Part shown: positions 19,747 to 29,363 of the stretch, one piece after another | Layout: each line of letters starts with the position of its first letter | Position numbering within the stretch: position 1 is the stretch's first letter | Assembly: GCA_965248255.1 (NCBI GenBank) | Contig: CBDFIW010000003.1 | Span: forward strand, 1,088,193 to 1,152,192 | Direction of reading: 5' to 3' | DNA from: Bryobacterales bacterium | Lineage (GTDB): Bacteria; Acidobacteriota; Terriglobia; Bryobacterales; UBA6623 | Length of the DNA stretch: 64,000 bases | Translations under genes and position numbers: made by a program | The notes under the pieces: model-generated | What the model was told of the DNA's origin: nothing | What the model saw: the letters and a program-made list of their open reading frames with translations, nothing else | The model's database searches: none

Positions 19747-19941
19747 GGCCCGGCCTCACCCTTTCCGCAGACACACGGAATCCCAGTGCGATCATACCAC
19801 CGGAATCTGGGCATCGTATGTGAACGAAGGCAGCTGGTACGGCAGCCTCAAGTGCCTGTGATGAACCCGAGAAGCTGTAGCCCGATCTAACCGAGAGATG
19901 TTATCAGGGTCTTTGGTGTTCGATGCTACAGTTGGGGTAGC

Positions 19942-20136
19942 ATGCCTAAGACCGCTAAGCGTGTAAGTACTCAGAGGGCCAAACCACGGCCAGCGGATCG
20001 TCGCAAAGCGCCCCGTCTCGGGGCGGCCACCCAACTCACAGAAGACGAGGCTGACGTGATCATCTCGAAGCGGTGGGAAGAAAGCGAGGAGTGGATACCT
20101 TGGGAGAAGGTGGAAGCCGAGCTCCGCAAGGAATGA
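19942..20136 (+). CDS. small protein, putative antitoxin of the downstream RelE/ParE-like remnant
   Basis: 64-aa ORF lying 40 nt upstream of the toxin-like gene. The assignment rests on position only. Confidence 0.35.
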   Translation: MPKTAKRVSTQRAKPRPADRRKAPRLGAATQLTEDEADVIISKRWEESEEWIPWEKVEAELRKE

Positions 20137-20175
20137 CCGCGCAAGAGTTGACTCCTAGATGGCGAACTATTCAGT

Positions 20176-20441
20176 ATGTGGGTCACGAAACTTGTCGCGT
20201 CAGCACGCCAAGAGTTGAAGGGGCTATCAAAGGCCCGTAAGCAAGAAGCCTCCGAGATTGTTCGAGACTCGCCGAGAACCCATTCCCGCCTGACAGCAAG
20301 GCGCTTCGTGATTTCCGAGACTACTATCGGGTTCCCTTCGGTGGGCGCCGCTATCGGATCGTCTACCGCGTACTCGAACAGAGCCGAGTAGTACTCGTTA
20401 CCCGCATTCGAAAACGAGCGGATGCATACGAGGGCCTGTGA
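20176..20441 (+). pseudogene. RelE/ParE-family toxin with internal frameshift
   Basis: N-part MWVTKLVASARQELKGLSKARKQEASEIVRD is in one frame. C-part LAENPFPPDSKALRDFRDYYRVPFGGRRYRIVYRVLEQSRVVLVTRIRKRADAYEGL* is in the next frame, with the switch near 20260-20270. Confidence 0.65.
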
Positions 20442-20567
20442 TGCGGGGAGGTGGAAGCTCTCCCTAACCGGGACGAGCCGGAACCGAAAGGGGACCTGTG
20501 GGCAAGAGTGGGTTCCGTATTTCGGCGCGCTTAACCCCACCCTCACGGGCGGGGCTCTGATTCCCCT

Positions 20568-22273
20568 CCAGGGGTTCGTGCTAATTTTGGTAGGGATTTA
20601 ACTACTTAGCCCAGATTTCCATTGTCACGTTTCTTTCGCTAACCTTTCGAGCACCTTCGACGCCTTTATTTATACAGGTTTGAAAGCACTCAAGGCGCTG
20701 AGGAGATCAACACCCCATGGGTGAAAAAGAAAACAAGCCGTTCCAGCTAACTTCAACGGCTTATTGAAAGTCGATTTCCAAAGATCACGTGTCACCTCTG
20801 ATGGCGGGCTGATCCTGGTTCGGGAGTTGGACGAGCGGCTCGGTCTCGGCCAGCTGATCGACGAGCATCTGACGGATTCGCGTCAAGGCTCGAACAAGAA
20901 GTTCCCGCTGGCCGATCTGCTGCGGCAGTCGGTCTACTCTCGGCTGGCAGGCTACGAGGACGTCAACGACGCCGTCCGCGTAGCGGCTGACCCCACCTTT
21001 CGCTTGCTCGGCTCGCAGAAGAACTGGGATCGCGGCGGGGCGCTCACCTCGCGGCTACAGAGCTTCGAGACAGGGCTGCTCGCGAGTGAGGAGAATCTGC
21101 TTGGGTTGATGACGGTGAACCGCGAGTTGGTCGCGCAGGCCGAGACGACAGACGACTGCGCGCGCGTTGTGCTGGACATGGACTCGACCGCGAGCCCGGT
21201 TCACGGACAGCAGGAAGGCAGCGCCTACAACGGTCATTTCGAGTCCGTCTGCTACCACCCGCTGTTGCTGTTCAACCAGCACGGCGATTGTCTGGCCGCC
21301 AAGCTGCGTCCCGGCAATGTGCACAGCGCTGAGGACTGGGACGAGTTGCTGCTGCCGGAGATCGAGCGCCAACAGGCTGCGGGCAAACAGGTCACCTTCC
21401 GGGGCGATGCGGCCTTTGCTAAGCCGGAGATTTATGAGTCTTCGGAGGAACGCGGAGTGCAGTACGCCATTCGCATTCCGGCCAACAAGAGCTTGGAGCT
21501 GGAGATCGAAGACATCTTGTTTCGCCCGCCGGGAAGGCCCTCTCGGAAGCCCCTGGTGCGCTACAAGAGTTTTCGCTATCAGGCGGAGAGTTGGTCGCAG
21601 GCGAGGCGGATCGTCGCCCAGGTCGAACATCACCAGGGCGAGCTGTTCCCGCGGGTCGGATTCATCGTGACGAGCCTGCGCTTGCCAAGCCGCTCGGTGG
21701 TGCGCTTCTACAACAAGCGCGGCACGGCCGAGCAGTGGATCAAGGAAGGCAAACAGGCCACGCACTGGACGCGGCTGTCGTGCCATCGCTTCCGGGTCAA
21801 CGAAGTGCGACTGCAACTCAGCGTGCTGGCCTATAACCTGGGCAACTTGTGGCGGCGGCTGGGGCTGCCGCACAGGATCAAGAGCTGGTCGCTGACGAGC
21901 TTGCAGCAGCGGCTAATGAAGACCGGCGGCCGTCTGGTCAAACATGCCCGCTACTACTGGTTGCTGTTGGCCCAGGGACATCTGAACCGGCGGCTGTTCG
22001 GTGACATGCTGAGCAGGATCTGGGCGCTGCCGCTGCCGAGCGGGTAGCGTTGGCCGGGCGAGGATCAACAGTTTTCGGCTCCAAAAAGGTTTCGCAGGCA
22101 GTAGTGTCGGCCGGAGCGCCGTTCAGCCCGCTCAATCAACGTCTGTGAGCGGATGGACGAGCCCTGGCGCCTACCGGCGGAGGTGATGTGCAGGGTTCAG
22201 CGCGAAAAGACGCGGCATTCGGGCCGGCGCGCGTGTATACTGTTGCCGTACCAGGGCCAAAATGAAAATCCTG
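20568..22273 (+). mobile_element. IS1380-family insertion sequence (boundaries approximate)
   Basis: Contains a DDE transposase. The candidate ends both start CCAGG and share ATTTTGG (20568.. and ..22273). The ~1.7-kb length fits IS1380. The inverted-repeat match is weak. Confidence 0.5.
20764..22047 (+). CDS. IS1380-family transposase (DDE_Tnp_1-like)
   Basis: VDFQRSRVTSDGGLILVRELDERLGL..., YNGHFESVCYHPLLLF, FRGDAAFA, RFYNKRGTAEQWIKEGK. The only in-frame start is TTG at 20764. An upstream ATG (20718) is in a different frame, so the N-terminus may be frameshifted. Confidence 0.75.
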   Translation: MKVDFQRSRVTSDGGLILVRELDERLGLGQLIDEHLTDSRQGSNKKFPLADLLRQSVYSRLAGYEDVNDAVRVAADPTFRLLGSQKNWDRGGALTSRLQSFETGLLASEENLLGLMTVNRELVAQAETTDDCARVVLDMDSTASPVHGQQEGSAYNGHFESVCYHPLLLFNQHGDCLAAKLRPGNVHSAEDWDELLLPEIERQQAAGKQVTFRGDAAFAKPEIYESSEERGVQYAIRIPANKSLELEIEDILFRPPGRPSRKPLVRYKSFRYQAESWSQARRIVAQVEHHQGELFPRVGFIVTSLRLPSRSVVRFYNKRGTAEQWIKEGKQATHWTRLSCHRFRVNEVRLQLSVLAYNLGNLWRRLGLPHRIKSWSLTSLQQRLMKTGGRLVKHARYYWLLLAQGHLNRRLFGDMLSRIWALPLPSG

Positions 22274-22302
22274 GATAACAACTCTTGTCCTGGGTCAGTT
22301 CC

Positions 22303-22349
22303 GTTGGCCGCTTTTGAAGTGACCCTCATTGGCCGGTTTTGAGGTGACC
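22303..22349. repeat. two direct 22-bp repeats (TTGGCCGSTTTTGARGTGACCC), 25-bp period
   Basis: Repeats at 22303-22324 and 22328-22349, 20/22 identical. Either an IS-terminus remnant (IS21-like multi-repeat end) or operator sites upstream of the 22480 gene. Confidence 0.7.
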
Positions 22350-22479
22350 CCCGAGGCCCGTCACTCCAGAGGGCAGGGCTAAAGGGAGCCCGGCTAAGAC
22401 AACCCGCGCCAAAGGCGAGAGGGAGAGGAGACAGTCACATCGGATATTGGCATCACAGGCGGACAAGGAGGGTTACGGC

Positions 22480-25400
22480 GTGAGCGCGGAAGACTACAAA
22501 ACTCTGGTCGAGTACCGAGACGGGTTCCCCGAGAAGATCCTGGAAGAGGAGCGTCTTCGCTCGGACTCTCCGTTGCAACAGACCTTCGATGAGACGCTCG
22601 AGCCGTTCGACATCGGTGACCTCACGGTCAACGAAACCGTCGTCATCCTGGCCCGCGGAACGATGTCGATGGAGACGCTGCCGGCGGACAATTCGCTCCG
22701 CATCGTCTTCGATGGCGCCGGCGCCCAGATGACCTTCGACGCCCCCGATGCGCCAGCGGCAGTCATGTACGACATGACCACGCAGATCTCGATCGATGGC
22801 GAGGTCCAGTCGGCGGAGTCAGGCGATCTGCTCGTGGTGGGCCTTGCAACCGGCACCGCAGTCGTCGCATCGGAGGCCGTCGATCACCCGCTCGAGGACG
22901 ATGTCTTCGTCGGCGAGGTGTTCGGGAGCAAACTCCACGAGCTGTACGCCGATGGCACGTTGCCAGTCGGTCCGGAGACGAGCGAGGACGAGAACTTCGG
23001 GATCTTCGTCGCCGACCTTTCGGTCGAGATCGAGAACGACGTCGGCACGGGCGGGAATCCGTTCCGGCAGCTCCGGGCTCAGGTCACGGCCGCCGATCGG
23101 CTGCGCGTCGACTTTCCCATCGATCTGCGGTGGAGCAGCATCGCGGCCACGAATCCCGCAGACAAAGGGAGCTTCGAGCCTTCGATCGCGCTGCGCGCCG
23201 TCATCCAGTATCACTTCGACCTCGACCGCCAGTTGGACAACTCACCCGCAGCCGTGTCGGTCTCGATCCGACCAGAAGACACGGTGATTGCGACAGTCGA
23301 GGTATACGAAGGAGAGGACACGGCGGCCCTTCCCGAGGTGGCCGACGTCATCGACCAGATTCTCCAGGAACAGGCCGACGAACTCGGAAACGAGCTGGAC
23401 GATTCGCTCGATCCCGTCGCCGCGCTCACACTCGACGAGATCAACCAGACCGTGGCCGAGAGGTTGCAGGAGCGCCTGGCCGAGAACGATCAGGTACTGC
23501 CCTTCTGGCAGCGCGAGCAGGACGACGAAGTCTCCGACGCCACTCCTCGGGTACTCGAGTCGTCGCTGGTGATCGGCATCAATGCCGAGCCGGGCGCCGA
23601 TCCAGACGATCTCGAGAGCTTCCTCCCCGACGGCGAGGACTTCGCCACGCTCATACGCGGCGACCAGTTCCTCAAGCAGCTCGACGAGTTCCTGCACACT
23701 CCCGACACCCAGGCTGATTTCGTCGGGTCGTGTCGGGTCGCCGGAGCAGACCAGACCGGCACCGAACTGGTGGTGGATGGGTTCGACGAAGGCGTCTCGA
23801 CCCTCTTGGCGGGAACACGGCTCCGTGTGGAAGGAGTGTCGCCGACCCTGGTGCTCGACGAAGCCGTCGACATCACCGACGGCTCCGCGACGCTCAACCT
23901 CAACTCGTCCATCGATGACGCCCCAGCCGACAATGCTCCGGTCGAGTTCCTGCCTGCGTTCGTTGCCTTCGAAGCCGCCGAAGGGAACGAGCTCCCCATC
24001 CACGGTCTCGTCCGCGACTCGGGAACGATCCAGAGTGGCACCCGACTCAGCCTCGAGGATGTTCCGGGCGATTTCACCCTGCTGGTCGACGCCGAGATCG
24101 AGGATGGCGGGGCGACGCTGCGGCTGGACCGGGAGTTCGACGATGGTATCCCATTCGGGGCCCGCGTCTCATGGATCACCGGTCTGGGCGTGCCCGGCGT
24201 GCGGTTCGATGCCGGCGGCAACGACCGCGAGGTCGAGATCCGAGAGCTGACACCGTCACTGCACGATGGTCACGTTGAACTGAACGGCCCGATCACAGTG
24301 CATCGGCCAGAGGCAGTCGTAATTAAGGAGATCGACGGCTCAGTCACCATCAAGATGCGTTTGCTGTGGGAAGACCGAATCCTCGCGACCGGGCGAGTCG
24401 ATGGAGCCGACCAGCAGGGCAGCCAGCTCGATGTTCATCTGCTCGAGGGGATCGACTCGATTCCGGCCGGCACCCTGCTCGAAATCGAGGGTGTGCCCGG
24501 CACCGCTACACTCGCCGAGAGTGCCGCCGTCGCCGATGGTCGGGCCACGGTTGTGCTCACCGGCGATGTCAACGGCTTTCCGGCCGACCAGGCGCTCGTC
24601 AACTTCATATCGGCGGCGGACCCCGACCTCGGAACCGAACTGGTGGAGGACCTTGATGTCGAACTCGGCGCCGATGGTCTCGGTCAGAACATCATCGACG
24701 CGATCATCGGCGCCGTGCTCGGTGTGTTCCTGACGATCTTCACCGCCGGAGGTTTCATCGGCGCTCTGATCTTCGTGATCTCGCTCTTCCTGAGAGAAGT
24801 GATCGAGAAGGTGGCGGGAGGGCAGGCCGCAGACGCAATCGGGTCGGCCGTGAGCCCGCCGGTGCCGAGCAGCCTGAGCGACATCAAGGTCGGGATCGAC
24901 TCGCGGTTCAACAATCCGATCCTCATCTCGCCCGATGGCGTCGTCATGGCCGGAAGCGCGACACCCATGAGCGAGTTCCGCAGCCTCGACGACAGTCAGG
25001 CCACCACGGGCGGTCCGTACCTGGCCACAGCGGGCATGAGTCTCGACTTCGTCGGAGGACTGATCGCAGCGGAAACCGACTACGACTGGACAACCGGCGA
25101 CGGCGCCGAGCTGACCGGCCGGACGCCCACGCACGCCTATGCCCGCCGGGCGTATCGCGTTGCCGCATTGACCACCGTCAATCGCCAGTTCGGTCCGATG
25201 ATCGAAGTACGTAACCGCAGCCTGGGGCTTGTGCGGGTGCAGAACACCCAGCCGGTGATCACCACGGTCAATGAGATCGAGAGCCTCGAAGGGCATGAAC
25301 TGGAGCTGACTGCCGAGTTTGCCGATACGGGATGGCCGATGGCCATCGCGCCTACGTGCTCTTCGGCGACGGGAGCGCCCCCGTTCTCTGCGAGGTGGTC

Positions 25401-26822
25401 GAGTCGAACGAGCCTCCCTTGGGTACCGGCACCGCAAGCGCGACCCACACGTACTGTGACGACGGTGTCTACGAGGTGACGATCAAGGTGATCGATGAGC
25501 ACGGCGGGGCAGCGACCGCGACCACGACCGCAACCATCGGCAATGTTCCACCGGTGGTCGATGCCGGCCCTGACGTGTATGCGCACCCGTGTGTGCCAAC
25601 ACGTCTCGTCGGTCAGTTCGAGGATGTCGGATGGTGCGATACCCATACCGGTGTTTGGGACTTCGGCGACTGCTCACCACCCGCGGCGGCAACGATCAAT
25701 GAGACGAATGAAGCCCCTGCCGCCCGGGGCACCGCAACCGCGACTCGGCGCTGCACGACGTGTGGGGCGTACGTAGCCGAGCTGACGATCACCGACGACG
25801 ACGGTGCTGCGACGACCGACTCGAGGATCGTCCGCGTCGTCGATCTCCACAATGGCAGTTTCGAGTCGGGCTTCTGGGTGGGAGCGCTGGGCCAGGTGGG
25901 CAATTCCTGGACTCCCTACGTCACAGACGCTGGCTCGACGGCGGCGGCCGTGCGTGAGGTCTTCTTCTGTGAGGAATGCATCGTCTTCGACGGCCAACGG
26001 TCCCAGGGCGTTCGGACCAGCCCTGTGCCGGTGGGTGCGGCAGGGATCTTTCAGCAAGTTGGGGCGAACGTCGGATGGGACTACGAATTCTCCGCCCATG
26101 TGCATGCGGGGTTCGGGCAGGCCGACTTCCGCATCGGCGTCGACCCGACCGGCGGTACGGATCCGAGTTCGGAAGCCATCGTCTGGACCTCGCGGTCGGC
26201 TACCGACCGTTGGCAGCCACTCGCCACCCGGGCCGATGCCATGGCCACCCTCGTGACCGTGTTCGTCGAAGCCCGCGACCAAAGCTCGGAGCGTGTGTAC
26301 ATCGATGCCGTGGCAATGCATGTCTTCCCTTGTCCCGTCGACGAGCCGGCCGAGCCGTGTGACGACGAGCACGAGACACCCGAACACACCTGTGTCGACT
26401 TCACGACGATCGATCCCAGCGAGATCGTCGGTGGTGACAACTCGATCGAAGGAATGCGATTCGTGACACTCGACGGCTCTCCGCTCAGCTTCGTACAGTT
26501 CGGCCCGCCCGTAGGTACGCCGAAGCTTGCGATCCCCGAGCCCGCCGGGCTGCGGATCGAGTTCGTCGAGCCCGTCGATTCCGTACTGGCCACGGTTGCG
26601 ACCGCCGACGATCCGGTTTCTCTGGCTGCTTTCGCGTCCGACGGCACGCTGCTGGCGAGCACCATTGGCGACGGGGCGCCCGGCCAACCACACGATGTGG
26701 CCGTGGATGCAGATGCGATCGTGGCGGTGACGCTGACCGGCGGAACCCGCCCCACGGTCCACCGGGTTTGTGTGGGAAATGGCGACGCTGAACGTCCACC
26801 TCCGGCGAAGGCATGCTACTGA
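22480..26822 (+). CDS. giant acidic membrane protein: ~740-aa cytoplasmic acidic region with three ~75-aa repeats, TM segments, three PKD-like domains, CBM-like domain; one frameshift near 25330
   Basis: GTG at 22480 lies 7 nt after AAGGAGG. TM region at ~24690-24792 (IIDAIIGAVLGVFLTIFTAGGFIGALIFVISLFL). PKD-like WTTGDGAELTG...THAY, FGDGSAP...THTYCDDGVYEVTIKV, WDFGDCS...AELTITDDDG. NGSFESGF marks the CBM-type start. ORFs 22447..25479 and 25332..26822 split one PKD domain (…LTAEFADTG | ADGHRAYVLFGDGS…). Confidence 0.6.
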
Positions 26823-26999
26823 TCTCGCGCACGGGACGTCGAGTATTGGCGGTCGCTGTCGGGTGGGGCGTACGGAGGGGCGACGGCGGGTCGAGTAATG
26901 GGAATTCCGTCTTAGTACTAATGCCTTCGCACGTCTGCCCCCTTGCTTTGTCCCGGGGTAGAGACGCTTCGGTCAGCCGATCGTCGTATCTTTGACGCT

Positions 27000-29135
27000 A
27001 TGGAACACGAACACACTAACGCCCTGATTCACGAGACCAGCCCCTACCTTCTCCAACACGCTCACAATCCGGTCAATTGGCACGCCTGGGGTGAGGAAGC
27101 GCTCGGGCGAGCGAAGGAAGAGAACAAGGTCATCTTCCTGAGCATCGGTTACGCCGCTTGCCACTGGTGCCACGTCATGGAGCACGAGAGCTTCGAGGAC
27201 CAGGAAGTCGCCGAGGTCCTCAACCGCGACTTCATCTCGATCAAGGTCGATCGAGAGGAACGGCCCGACCTCGACGAAATCTACATGAGCGCCACCATGC
27301 TCTACTCGGGCGGCCAAGGCGGGTGGCCGATGAGCGTGTTTCTATCGCCAGACCTCAAGCCGATCTTCGCCGGTACTTATTTCCCCAAGGAGAATGCGTA
27401 CGGCCGTCCGGGCTTCAAGACACTGCTGGGCCACATCCAACAGGTTTGGACGGAGAAGGGCGAAGCACTGACCGGCGATGCGGACAAGGTTGTCGATGCG
27501 GTCCGGCAGATGCACGTAAGCACGGAGTCGAGCGAGGTCCCGTCGCGCGAGGCCGTCACCGACGGTGCTGACCAGATTCGAGCCGCTTATGACCATCAGC
27601 TAGGCGGCGTCTCGGGTGGTGGTACGAACAAGTTCCCGCCCAGCCAGTCGATGGACCTGCTGCTGCGGGAGTATGCACGGACCAGCCACCACGCCTATCT
27701 AGGCGACGTCGAGCTGACGCTCGAACGAATGGGCAACGGCGGCATCTACGATCATCTCGGCGGCGGCATCGCCCGCTACTCGACCGACGTTCGCTGGCTC
27801 GTCCCCCACTTCGAAAAAATGCTCTACGACCAGGGGCTGGTGAGCTCGATCTATCTCGACGGGATGCAGGCGACCGAACGGCCGGAATTGAAAGCCCTGT
27901 GCGAGGAGAAGGCCCGCGGCATCTTCGAGTACGTGCTGCGCGACTTGTGCAGCCCGGATGGCGCGTTCTACTCGAGCGAGGACGCAGACAGCGAAGGCCT
28001 CGAAGGCAAGTTCTTTATCTGGACGCTGGAGGAGATCAAACAGGTTCTAGGTGATGAAGCCGGGCGCCTGTTCGCGTCGCACTATGGCGTGACGGAAGTC
28101 GGCAACTGGAACCATCCGGGCGACGCGCACGTGCCCCGAGGGCCGAAGAACATCCTGCATGTGAGCCGCCCTAGCGAGGTGATCGCGAAACTGGAAAAGG
28201 TTGACGCAAAGGAGGTCGAACGAATCATCGCCGAAGGGAGGCGCAAGCTCTTCGACGTGCGCGAGAGGCGCATCCGTCCCGGGCTCGACGACAAGGTCCT
28301 CGCCGGCTGGAACGGGTTGATGATCACCGCCCTAGCCAAGGGCGCAGCAGTGCTGGACGAGCCAGGCTACGGCGCGGCGGCGGCGAAGGCGGCGGAGTTC
28401 ATCTTGACCCAGATGCGCGAGGACTCACGGCTGCTCGCCACCTACGGCAAAGGCCGCGCCCGCCTCAAGGCCTATCTCACCGACTACGCCTTCCTGATCG
28501 AGGGTGTGCTGGGTCTCTACGAGTGGAGCGGCGATCTGCGCTGGCTCGACGCGGCCGAACAACTGACCGAAACAGCCATTGCGTTCTATTGGGACCAAGA
28601 GGGTGGCGGGTTCTTCTTCACCGCGTCGGACCACGAAGCGCTGCTGGTCCGCAGCAAGACGGCCAACGACGGCGCCATCCCGTCGGGCAACTCGGTGATG
28701 CTGATGAACCTTCAGCGGCTCGCCATCTTGCTAGACCGAGGGGACTTGCGCGAGAAAGCAAAGACAATCATCGAAGTCTTCGCTGCCGGTACGCGGCGCT
28801 CGCCGTTCCAACACGAACGCTTCTTGTGCGGCATCGAAGCTTGGCACGAAGGCTTTGAGGAGATCGCCGTCGTCGGCGCCGCCGATGCGCCCGAGACGCA
28901 GAACCTGCTCCGCGCGGTGTACAGCCCCTATCTGCCCAACAAAGTCGTCGCGCGCCTCGACCCTGCCGACCACGAGACGCCCGGTCGCATCCCCCTCCTT
29001 GCCCAGAAGACGATGATCGACGGCAAGCCCGCGGCCTACGTTTGCCGTGATTTCGCATGCAGGCAACCGACGACGGATCCCGAAGAACTCACCGCGCAGT
29101 TGCAGGGGAGGCAAGCGAGCCCCGAACGCCAGTGA
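27000..29135 (+). CDS. thioredoxin-domain protein, DUF255/YyaL family
   Basis: ATG at 27000. [22 protein letters not shown]...[23 protein letters not shown] is the family signature. A long alpha-toroid-like C-terminal part follows. Confidence 0.85.
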   Translation: MEHEHTNALIHETSPYLLQHAHNPVNWHAWGEEALGRAKEENKVIFLSIGYAACHWCHVMEHESFEDQEVAEVLNRDFISIKVDREERPDLDEIYMSATMLYSGGQGGWPMSVFLSPDLKPIFAGTYFPKENAYGRPGFKTLLGHIQQVWTEKGEALTGDADKVVDAVRQMHVSTESSEVPSREAVTDGADQIRAAYDHQLGGVSGGGTNKFPPSQSMDLLLREYARTSHHAYLGDVELTLERMGNGGIYDHLGGGIARYSTDVRWLVPHFEKMLYDQGLVSSIYLDGMQATERPELKALCEEKARGIFEYVLRDLCSPDGAFYSSEDADSEGLEGKFFIWTLEEIKQVLGDEAGRLFASHYGVTEVGNWNHPGDAHVPRGPKNILHVSRPSEVIAKLEKVDAKEVERIIAEGRRKLFDVRERRIRPGLDDKVLAGWNGLMITALAKGAAVLDEPGYGAAAAKAAEFILTQMREDSRLLATYGKGRARLKAYLTDYAFLIEGVLGLYEWSGDLRWLDAAEQLTETAIAFYWDQEGGGFFFTASDHEALLVRSKTANDGAIPSGNSVMLMNLQRLAILLDRGDLREKAKTIIEVFAAGTRRSPFQHERFLCGIEAWHEGFEEIAVVGAADAPETQNLLRAVYSPYLPNKVVARLDPADHETPGRIPLLAQKTMIDGKPAAYVCRDFACRQPTTDPEELTAQLQGRQASPERQ

Positions 29136-29363
29136 GGTATAAACCCGCACCCGGTGGCACAGAGCTTAGTGCACGGATGGGGGGTTTGATGCACGGATGG
29201 GGAATCGAACCCGTCACTGGCGTTCCGGGCTCGGTTTCTCGGGTGCGGCTGGCCGGTCTGAGGTCGCAGACTTCGCGAGCAACTGGGACATCGTACTTCA
29301 CCCGGTAGTCACGTTGCGTCGAATACGGAGCCAGCCCATACTAGGGATGTCGACGGCGAGGGA

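Noticed and set aside
20718-20766. A programmed frameshift at the A-rich start of the IS1380 transposase (ATGGGTGAAAAAGAAAACAAG...).
   Set aside because: There is only one copy to look at and no heptameric slippery site in the right phase, and a TTG start at 20764 gives an essentially full-length protein. A simple N-terminal lesion or an alternative start is more economical.
29170-29260. tRNA-like signal on the minus strand: GGGTTCGATTCCCC (a T-loop-like box, + strand GGGGAATCGAACCC at ~29199-29212), plus a 13-bp direct repeat TGCACGGATGGGG at 29170-29182 and 29190-29202.
   Set aside because: The would-be T stem does not pair (ACGGG versus CCCCA). I could not build matching acceptor, D or anticodon arms, and the region is too short and wrong at the ends for tmRNA. 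At most it is a degraded tRNA 3' relic or old integration scar. tRNAscan-SE/ARAGORN would settle it.
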